This document shows positions 19,197 to 27,000 of a DNA stretch of 51,586 nucleotides, piece after piece. The stretch's first letter is position 1. Each line of letters begins with the position of its first letter. This stretch comes from Verrucomicrobiales bacterium (GTDB lineage Bacteria > Verrucomicrobiota > Verrucomicrobiia > Limisphaerales > JAQGOY01). The notes under the pieces were generated by a model. The model was not told where the DNA came from. It was given only the letters and a program-made list of their open reading frames with translations, and ran no database searches. Location of the stretch: contig JAQGOY010000228.1 of the NCBI GenBank assembly GCA_028293375.1, forward strand, positions 1 through 51,586, written 5' to 3'. The position numbers and the translations under genes were made by a program.

Positions 19197-19922
19197 TTAA
19201 TAAGCTCCTTTACTAAACAGAACCGCAGGCACTGTCTTCAACAGGATGCGCACATCGCCCAAAAACGATTGGCTTTCGATATACTGCACATCCAATAGAA
19301 CCTGTCCTGGAAAATCGATTTCGCTTCTTCCGCCGATCTGCCAAAGACAGGTGATTCCTGGCTTCGCAAGCAATCTGCGTCTGTCTTGCAAAGTATACAA
19401 TGCGACTTCACGAGGTACTGGGGGTCGGGGACCCACTAATGACATATCCCCTTTTAACACGTTGAAGAATTGAGGAAATTCATCAAGCGACAATTTTCTC
19501 AGCCATTTCCCCACTTTAGTGATGCGGGGATCGTCCTTCATTTTAAAGGTGATGCCCTCGGTGTGTTGATTTTTGGCAAGCAATTCTTTCATTTTAGCTT
19601 CGGCATCCACGCACATGGAACGGAACTTAAACATTTTAAATTCTTTCCCATCCTTGCCCACGCGGCGTTGCGCAAAGATCACCGGCCCGCCGTCCTCCAG
19701 TTTCACCAGTAGCGCCAGAAGGATAAAAATCGGCGAAAAAACGAGGATAAACATCAAGCTGGCCAGCACGTCAAAAAACCGTTTCACCGCAAGCGTCGCT
19801 GCCAGCATCCACTGCCAGGAATGGCGCTTCCAGGCGGAATAAGCTCTCAGGCGCATTCGCCCTGTCTTGGTTCGCATTAACTCCAGTCTTTCCACTGTCG
19901 GCGCTGTTGAATGGTTCACCAT
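19197..19922 (-). CDS. Priming sugar transferase (polyprenyl-phosphate glycosylphosphotransferase, small PGT)
   Basis: KRFFD, KFRSM, DDPRITKVG, SLDEFPQFFNVLKGDMSLVGPRP, KPGIT. Confidence 0.95.
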   Translation of the reverse strand: MVNHSTAPTVERLELMRTKTGRMRLRAYSAWKRHSWQWMLAATLAVKRFFDVLASLMFILVFSPIFILLALLVKLEDGGPVIFAQRRVGKDGKEFKMFKFRSMCVDAEAKMKELLAKNQHTEGITFKMKDDPRITKVGKWLRKLSLDEFPQFFNVLKGDMSLVGPRPPVPREVALYTLQDRRRLLAKPGITCLWQIGGRSEIDFPGQVLLDVQYIESQSFLGDVRILLKTVPAVLFSKGAY

Positions 19923-19929
19923 ACATCTA

Positions 19930-20538
19930 TTAATTTGCTAAGGACTTCTTTATTTCCATTGCCAACTCGGTCACGGTAGCCTCGTCCAGCGGATGATCGA
20001 GAACCCGGGTCGCCCATCGTTTTTGGCTCTCCACATAGCGCTCGTGCATCGGACGTACTGTCCCATGAAGCTGTTCCCGAATGGATTCTTCACTTCGCCC
20101 CCTTTCTGCCAGATCCCGATTGATTCTTCGGGAGAATCTCACATCTTCAGGGCAATTGAGGAAATAGCGATGTTTAAAGTGCTTTCTTACCGAAGGTTTG
20201 CGCAATAACCAGAGTCCTTCGAAGATTACGAAGGAAGTTTTGGGCAGGTCCTGAAACGTCTCTCTCCTCGTGTGGGAGCTAAAATCGTAGGAGGGAATTT
20301 CACAAGCATGGCCGTTTCTACAATTTTCCAAAACTTTCACTAAACTTCCCCAGTCAATCGTCCTGGGATGGTCGAAATTAACCATGCTTCTTCGTTTTGG
20401 AGACAAATGAGATTGGTCGCGATAGAAATTATCAAGCGAGCACACACCCGCTTCAACTAGTCTTTTTTGCAGCATTTCTGCCAACCACGTTTTTCCGGAA
20501 CCGCTGCCGCCTGTTATTGCTATTAAATGTGAACTCAT
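19930..20538 (-). CDS. udk: Uridine kinase
   Basis: GGSGSGKT Walker A, LDNFYRD, NFDHP, YDFSSHTR, FEGLW, RDLAERGR, VRPMH. Confidence 0.9.
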   Translation of the reverse strand: MSSHLIAITGGSGSGKTWLAEMLQKRLVEAGVCSLDNFYRDQSHLSPKRRSMVNFDHPRTIDWGSLVKVLENCRNGHACEIPSYDFSSHTRRETFQDLPKTSFVIFEGLWLLRKPSVRKHFKHRYFLNCPEDVRFSRRINRDLAERGRSEESIREQLHGTVRPMHERYVESQKRWATRVLDHPLDEATVTELAMEIKKSLAN

Positions 20539-20576
20539 CGCTCGTACATATGGCAGGTAATTCTCCTGCCAGAATC

Positions 20577-20612
20577 GTTATAACCGATCCTGGTAGATGG
20601 GTTCAATCAGGA
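20577..20612 (-). promoter_or_regulatory. Putative promoter of udk unit: TCCTGA-TTGAAC-N18-TATAAC
   Basis: Same CCYSA-TTG signature as other promoters in the window. Confidence 0.55.
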
Positions 20613-20672
20613 GTCAGGAGCGAAAATTTCCAAGGGTTTTCCCCTGTTGCTTCAGGGATTACATCAGCCGTG

Positions 20673-21887
20673 CTACGCGCTTTGTCCCGTTTTCACTGCT
20701 TTGGAAGAGTTCTCGAGCACAATTTTGGCGAACATCGCCTCCAGGCTGGAGATATAGGTATCGAACTGGTATTTCTCAGTGACTAACTCAAGGCCGTTAA
20801 GCCCCAGCTGTTTGGCGAGTGCTTTGTCTGAAAGAAGTGAATCCAATTTTTCCGCGTAGGTTTTGATATCCATCCACGGCACCAGGTATCCATTGTAACC
20901 ATTGGTAAGCCAGTCTTTGATCCCGCCGGCATCAAACGCTACCACAGGCAAGCCGTATCGCATCACTTCCAACCCAATTGTCGCGAACGGTTCGGGCCAT
21001 ACCGAACTGATGGCTACCACCGAGCATTCCTTGTAGTAATTGACCAAATCCTCCTGCGGAATGAACCCAAGAAATTTTACCTTGTCGGCCAGACCCAGTT
21101 TTAAGGCCAGTTTTTCGCAGTAGGCTTTATGACTTCCTTCTCCCAGAATAATGCATTGAAAGTCATTCTTGAGCAGTTTTAGGCTCCGGATCAGGATATC
21201 CACACCTTTCCCGCGGATAATCTGGCCGGCATAAATGATCAGGTTGCGCTCGCCAAAGTTGCTGCGGATATTTGGATCTCCCATCCTCGGCACAGGTGCA
21301 TGAATCTCGATCCTTCGTGAATCGAATCCGTTGTTGAGCAATTCCTCCTTCATGTATTGGGTCACGACAACCATGCGATCAAACTGCCTGTTCAGCGCTA
21401 TTTCACGCTGTTTGGCCCGCAGGCTGATCAGTTTCAACGGGAACCCGGGCCCATGGTTCCGGGCGATGGATGCGCCGCAGGGAAATAGGCAGCCAAAGCC
21501 GGCGCTCTTCGTGCAAATTTTCCTTGATAAGTAATGATATTTATAACTGCGCATGCAATAGATGTCGTGGTCATGAACCATTCTGACCAGCGGCAACCCT
21601 GAAGAAACCAGGGCTTCAATCACTTTCAGGTCCGCCATTTTGTGCACATAAACCAGGTCTGGCTTAAACTCCTGGATGGCCTGCTCTATCTGGTTGGAAG
21701 TGTCGGAGTTGAGGTATTTACGATAAGTGAAGGTCGCTTCCCATCCTTTTTGGTTTTTTCCGGTATGAGGCCCGTGGGCGATGCCTGTCTCGTGACCTTT
21801 TTTCTTCAACTCGGTCGCGGTAATGAACGCGTTGGCCTCGGCCCCCGCCAATGCTCCGAAGCGTTCATGCACAAAAAGAAATCTCAT
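20673..21887 (-). CDS. Glycosyltransferase family 4
   Basis: MRFLFVH...GAE, VHDH, GKGVD, SVWPEPFATIGLEVMRYGLPVVAFDAGG; start could be 21899 or 21923. Confidence 0.9.
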   Translation of the reverse strand: MRFLFVHERFGALAGAEANAFITATELKKKGHETGIAHGPHTGKNQKGWEATFTYRKYLNSDTSNQIEQAIQEFKPDLVYVHKMADLKVIEALVSSGLPLVRMVHDHDIYCMRSYKYHYLSRKICTKSAGFGCLFPCGASIARNHGPGFPLKLISLRAKQREIALNRQFDRMVVVTQYMKEELLNNGFDSRRIEIHAPVPRMGDPNIRSNFGERNLIIYAGQIIRGKGVDILIRSLKLLKNDFQCIILGEGSHKAYCEKLALKLGLADKVKFLGFIPQEDLVNYYKECSVVAISSVWPEPFATIGLEVMRYGLPVVAFDAGGIKDWLTNGYNGYLVPWMDIKTYAEKLDSLLSDKALAKQLGLNGLELVTEKYQFDTYISSLEAMFAKIVLENSSKAVKTGQSA

Positions 21888-21979
21888 CCTGAACAGCATG
21901 GAGGCAATGGACTTCTCAGCCAAACGTGGAATGCCTTATAATGAGGTAGACACAAAGCTGAGAAATCGTGGCGATAGTT

Positions 21980-22014
21980 GCCCGATTGCTGAGCAACATC
22001 CGTGTTTCTAACCT
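21980..22014 (+). promoter_or_regulatory. Putative promoter of YqjD/E-like operon: GCCCGA-TTGCTG-N17-TAACCT
   Basis: CCYSA-TTG signature, 17-nt spacer, TAnnnT -10. Confidence 0.55.
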
Positions 22015-22050
22015 GCCTTCAAGGTCATGGCACCTTCATGGGATTATAAT

Positions 22051-22365
22051 ATGGAAACATCAAATGGCACCACGGAACTCTCGGAATCGACTCAAAAACT
22101 CACGGAAGATTTGTCCAACATGGCGAAGCATACCCGCGAATTGATGGAAAGCGGCATGGAAAACCTGGACGAAAATACTGCGGAGCTCAGAACCCGGCTG
22201 CGGCAGGCCCTCGATGTGGCGAAAGATACTTGCGAAAAATTGGAAGCCAAAGCCGTGCAGGGAGCCAAAGCCACCGACAGGGCCATTCGTTCCAACCCGT
22301 ATCAGTCGATTGGTATCGCGCTGGTGGCAGGATTTGTAATTGGGACACTTATCAAACGGAGATAA
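22051..22365 (+). CDS. ElaB/YqjD/DUF883 tail-anchored membrane protein
   Basis: Helical N-terminus, ATDRAIRSNPYQSIGIALVAGFVIGTLIKRR tail. Confidence 0.9.
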   Translation: METSNGTTELSESTQKLTEDLSNMAKHTRELMESGMENLDENTAELRTRLRQALDVAKDTCEKLEAKAVQGAKATDRAIRSNPYQSIGIALVAGFVIGTLIKRR

Positions 22366-22366
22366 C

Positions 22367-22753
22367 ATGTTACAAGCAATATTGAATTCCAGTGGGGTCG
22401 TTGGCTCCGTTCGCCGAATGACCGATACTGTCCTGGCTGTCATCCACAACAGGCTGGAGCTGGCTTCTCTTGAGTTGAAGGAAGAAAAAGGCCGCGTCAT
22501 TGGCCTGTTGATTTGGGCCGTCGCTGCCATTTTCTTTGGTTTGATGTCCGTGGTTGCTCTCATGTTGCTGTTGCTGTTCGTATTTTGGGACAACAAGGTC
22601 GCCGTCGCCATTGGATTGAGCGGGTTTTTCCTTGTCGCCACTCTGGCCGCTTTCTTCGCCTTGAAAAGCAAATTGAAAAATCCTCCAATCCCTTTCGCCG
22701 AAACGATTAATCAGCTCAAAAAGGACCGGGCATGGCTAAAATCTCAAGTGTAA
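22367..22753 (+). CDS. YqjE / holin-X family membrane protein
   Basis: NRLELASLELKEEK, two TM helices, PFAETINQLKKDRAWL; follows YqjD-like gene. Confidence 0.85.
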   Translation: MLQAILNSSGVVGSVRRMTDTVLAVIHNRLELASLELKEEKGRVIGLLIWAVAAIFFGLMSVVALMLLLLFVFWDNKVAVAIGLSGFFLVATLAAFFALKSKLKNPPIPFAETINQLKKDRAWLKSQV

Positions 22754-23052
22754 ATAGGGATGTTGCGCGCAAGCACGAGTTGATTACAGCGAATGAGGTG
22801 TTGCGCGAGGATCTTTCCCTCGACTGCGCCAATGTTCGCCAGTTCGAACAGGGCATTTTCAAGGGCCTGACTGTCTATCAATCGTTTGTCGCCATCAAAA
22901 ACGATTCCGGTTTACGCGACCTGGCTCGCTTTTCAAAGGCGTCCGCCTTGGGCCGCGCCTGGATTATAACTCGGTTGTTTCTCCGTGTGAAAACTTTCTT
23001 GAACAACCGCGGCAAACTGGAATTGCATCTCCCTCTTGCGAAAGAGTATTGA
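22732..23052 (+). CDS. Hypothetical protein in YqjK-like position
   Basis: Third ORF of the operon, RKHELI...LREDL N-terminal pattern, followed by a terminator. Confidence 0.5.
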   Translation: MAKISSVNRDVARKHELITANEVLREDLSLDCANVRQFEQGIFKGLTVYQSFVAIKNDSGLRDLARFSKASALGRAWIITRLFLRVKTFLNNRGKLELHLPLAKEY

Positions 23053-23072
23053 GTTATATTGACCGCTTGCAA

Positions 23073-23099
23073 AGCCTTCCAGTGGAAGGCTCTTTTTTT
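23073..23099 (+). terminator. Intrinsic terminator
   Basis: AGCCTTCC-AGT-GGAAGGCT then C-T7. Confidence 0.75.
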
Positions 23100-23187
23100 G
23101 ACCGGACACTACAGGGCGCACTATCGGCCATCATCAAAAACCTCTACCAGCCTGCTGGGGTGCTGTGGGTTGATGACATAGAAAGAC

Positions 23188-23222
23188 CACCGATTGTCGC
23201 GCTACAAGAGGAGTGGTTTAGT
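23188..23222 (+). promoter_or_regulatory. Putative promoter: CACCGA-TTGTCG-N17-TTTAGT (TGn-extended)
   Basis: One-mismatch version of the CCYSA-TTG signature. Confidence 0.4.
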
Positions 23223-23242
23223 CCTTCAAGGATTTTATATTT

Positions 23243-23785
23243 ATGGCTAAAGCCGTTTTTTGTATCGCACGAAGTGAATTTCAAGCTGAGAGCATCGTCA
23301 ACGAGCTCAAAGTCGCGGGTTTTTCCGATAATGACATTTCCGTGTTGTTCCCGGATAAAACGGGAACCAAGGATTTTGCCCATGAGCATCACACCAAGGC
23401 GCCGGAAGGCGCCACCGCAGGTGCCGGAACCGGCGGGGTGCTCGGGGGGGCGCTCGGGTGGCTTGCTGGTATTGGAGCGCTAGCCATACCGGGAGCCGGA
23501 CCTTTCATCGCGGCAGGACCTATCATGGCCGCTCTTGGCGGGGCGGCAGTCGGTGCCGCCGTGGGAGGTATTACCGGCGCTTTGATCGGAATGGGAATCC
23601 CGGAATACGAGGCAAAACGGTACGAGGGTAAAATTAAGGCGGGCAATATCCTCATCTCCGTTCACACCGAGAATTCCCAGGAAGCCAAGCGTAGCAAGGA
23701 CATTTTCGAGGAACTCGGTGCACATGATATTTCGACCACTACTGAGGCCGAAGTGAAGGATGTTCGAAGGAGCGGTCAAAGTTGA
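23243..23785 (+). CDS. General-stress (YflT/17M-like) glycine-zipper membrane protein
   Basis: AESIVNELKVAGFSDNDISVL, GxxxG-rich AIPGAGPFIAAGP, GIPEYEAKRYEGKIKAGNILISVH. Confidence 0.8.
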   Translation: MAKAVFCIARSEFQAESIVNELKVAGFSDNDISVLFPDKTGTKDFAHEHHTKAPEGATAGAGTGGVLGGALGWLAGIGALAIPGAGPFIAAGPIMAALGGAAVGAAVGGITGALIGMGIPEYEAKRYEGKIKAGNILISVHTENSQEAKRSKDIFEELGAHDISTTTEAEVKDVRRSGQS

Positions 23786-23805
23786 TTCATCAAAAGGAGG
23801 TAGTT

Positions 23806-23955
23806 ATGTTGTGGACAATTTGTGCAATTCTTATCGCCTTATGGCTCTTGGGACTCGTGACCTCATTCACTATGGGAGGTATGATTCACCTGCTTTTAAT
23901 AGCGGCTATAGTCGTCCTCATGGTCCGAATCTTAAGTGGCAATCGGACCATTTAG
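23806..23955 (+). CDS. lmo0937/DUF5670-family small membrane protein (49 aa, absent from ORF track)
   Basis: AAGGAGGT SD then MLWTICAILIALWLLGLVTSFTMGGMIHLLLIAAIVVLMVRILSGNRTI*. Confidence 0.9.
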   Translation: MLWTICAILIALWLLGLVTSFTMGGMIHLLLIAAIVVLMVRILSGNRTI

Positions 23956-23997
23956 CCGTGCGGCTCAGATTGTATCCGGAAATCCCCTACCACTATC

Positions 23998-24066
23998 TAG
24001 GGCCAATTCCCTAATACTTTCCGAGACTTAGCCCTGATTGTGAGCTCGGGGGAGTGTGTTTATATA
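23998..24066 (+). promoter_or_regulatory. Putative kinase promoter: palindrome TAGGG-N6-CCCTA plus CCCTGA-TTGTGA-N17-TATATA
   Basis: CCCT(A/G) at 23985, 24009 and 24032 (24 and 23 nt apart). Confidence 0.5.
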
Positions 24067-24075
24067 GGGCTTTCC

Positions 24076-27000
24076 ATGGAAGCCCAGAATAAAACCGAGA
24101 CCGGAACAGCGGCTGTAAGTAGAGTTGTGGCCGCCAAAAAACCTTCCCCTAAACCCACCGCGCGCAAGTCAAAACTCAGGCGCCAGGTCACTGGCAGCAG
24201 GAACACTCCAACGCCTGCGGTTATTTCCGTCTCGGCCACTTCCAGTTTGGAAAAAAAGGATTTACTGGCCGCTTTAGTCGCCCTGAGAAAGGGCGATTTC
24301 AATGTACGGCTGCCAGTTGATTATGTGGGGGTCGACGGAAAACTCGCGGACACTTTCAACGATATCATTGAGTTTAACCAGCGATTGAGCCGGGAACTCG
24401 AACGTATCAGCCGTGTCGTCGGTAAAGAAGGGAAGATATCTCAGCGCGTGGAGGTCGGGGAAGTCACCGGGCTTTGGAACACCGCCGTTAACTCTGTCAA
24501 CAATCTCATTGGTGATTTGGCCTACCCTATTAATGAGTTGGCGCGCGTGATCGGTGCCGTCGCCAAAGGCGATCTGGCCCAAAGCGTCGCCTTGGAAACC
24601 GATGGCAAACCGCTTCAGGGTGAATTTCTAAGAACCGCCAAAACCGTGAATACCATGGTGACGCAGCTCGCTTCCTTCGCTTCTGAAGTAACGCGCGTGG
24701 CACGCGAAGTTGGAACGGAAGGAAAGCTGGGCGGTCAGGCCAAGGTTCGCGGTGTCGCCGGTACCTGGAAAGACCTTACCGATAACGTAAACCTGATGGC
24801 CAGTAACCTGACCAGCCAGGTTCGAAATATTGCTACCGTGACCACCGCTGTCGCCAACGGCGACCTTGCCAAGAAGATTACGGTGGACGTGAAAGGCGAA
24901 TTCCTCGAGCTCAAAAATACCATTAATACCATGGTGGACCAGTTGCGCTCTTTCGCCTCTGAAGTGACACGTGTTGCCCGCGAAGTGGGAACCGAAGGCA
25001 AACTCGGCGGCCAGGCCCGGGTGGAAGGTGTGTCTGGAACCTGGAAAGACCTTACCGATAACGTCAATTCCATGGCCCGTAACCTGACAGCCCAGGTGCG
25101 TAACATTGCCGCCGTAACTACCGCGGTGGCCAATGGAGACCTTTCCAAAAAAATCACTGTCAATGTCCGTGGCGAAATTCTTGAACTCAAGGACACCATC
25201 AACACCATGGTGGATCAACTTTCATCCTTCGCTTCTGAAGTGACTCGTGTGGCCCGCGAAGTGGGAACCGAAGGCAAACTCGGTGGCCAGGCCCAGGTTA
25301 AAGGCGTTGCTGGAACCTGGAAGGATCTGACCGATTCCGTCAACCTTATGGCTGCGAATCTTACCGGCCAGGTGCGTAACATTGCTGATGTCACCAAGGC
25401 AGTCGCAAAAGGCGACCTCTCCAAGAAAATCACGGTCGATGTGAAAGGCGAAATCCTCGAACTGAAGAACACCGTCAATACCATGGTGGATCAGCTTTCA
25501 TCGTTCGCTGCTGAAGTAACCCGTGTGGCTCGCGAAGTCGGTTCTGAAGGCAAACTTGGTGTGCAAGCCGAAGTTAAAGGCGTGGCTGGAACTTGGAAAG
25601 ATCTGACGGACAACGTCAACGTCATGGCCAGTAACCTGACAGTGCAGCTACGTGACGTCTCCAAGGTCGCAACGGCCATTGCTACAGGCGACCTCAGCCA
25701 AAAAATCACGGTGAACGTCAAAGGTGAAATTCTGCAAATCAAGGACACCATTAATACCATGGTGGATCAGCTCTCCTCCTTCGCCTCGGAAGTGACTCGT
25801 GTGGCGCGCGAAGTTGGTTCTGAAGGGAAATTGGGCGTCCAGGCTGAAGTGCGCGGTGTCGCTGGTACCTGGAAGGATCTTACGGACAACGTGAATGTCA
25901 TGGCCAGCAACCTCACGGTCCAGCTTCGTGACGTCTCCAAAGTGGCAACTGCTATTGCCACCGGCGACCTGGGGCAAAAAATAACGGTTAATGTAAAAGG
26001 TGAAATTTTACAAATTAAAAACACCATTAATACGATGGTGGATCAGCTTTCCTCGTTCGCGGCGGAAGTGACCCGCGTGGCGCGCGAAGTGGGAACCGAA
26101 GGAAAACTGGGTGGCCAGGCGGAAGTGAAAGGCGTGGCCGGAACCTGGAAGGACTTGACCGACTCGGTGAACTTCATGGCGCGCAACCTGACGGACCAGG
26201 TGCGTAATATTGCGGATGTGACCAAGGCCGTCGCGGCGGGCGACCTCTCCAAGAAGATCACCGTCGATGTCAAAGGCGAAATTCTCGAACTCAAAAACAC
26301 CATCAACACCATGGTGGATCAGCTCTCTTCGTTCGCCTCTGAAGTAACCCGCGTGGCGCGCGAAGTGGGAACGGAAGGAAAACTGGGTGGCCAGGCGGAA
26401 GTGAAAGGTGTAGCCGGAACGTGGAAGGATCTCACCGATTCCGTGAATTTCATGGCCGGCAATTTGACCGGGCAGGTTCGTAACATCGCGGACGTGACCA
26501 AAGCTGTCGCCGCAGGCGACCTTTCCAAGAAAATTACAGTTAACGTTCGCGGTGAAATCGCGGAGCTTAAAGACACCATCAATACTATGGTGGATCAGCT
26601 CCGGTCATTTGCTTCTGAAGTAACTCGCGTGGCTCGCGAAGTGGGAACGGAAGGAAAATTGGGCGGCCAGGCGGAAGTGAAAGGTGTGGCCGGAACCTGG
26701 AAGGACCTTACGGATTCCGTGAATTTCATGGCCGGTAACCTCACCGGGCAAGTGCGTAACATCGCGGATGTGACCAAGGCTGTCGCCGCAGGTGACCTTT
26801 CCAAGAAGATCACCGTGGACGTCAAAGGCGAAATTCTCGAGCTCAAAAACACCATCAACACCATGGTGGACCAGCTCTCCTCATTCGCCTCTGAAGTAAC
26901 TCGCGTGGCGCGCGAAGTTGGAACTGAAGGCAAACTCGGCGGTCAGGCTGAAGTGAAAGGTGTGGCCGGTACTTGGAAGGACCTTACTGACTCGGTGAAT

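Noticed and set aside
2379-19298. Long plus-strand ORFs opposite the glycan locus (e.g. 2379-3323, 13372-14211, 15712-16581, 18555-19298)
   Set aside because: Antisense to well-supported genes and without recognisable motifs
22367-22753. 'Phage holin' as evidence of a prophage
   Set aside because: YqjE-type gene in a YqjD/E/K-like context; no phage, integrase or transposase genes in the window
23049-23483. 144-aa ORF-track call
   Set aside because: Crosses a terminator and overlaps the real stress-protein gene out of frame
23760-24014. 84-aa ORF-track call
   Set aside because: Overlaps the SD-supported lmo0937-family ORF in another frame and runs into the kinase promoter
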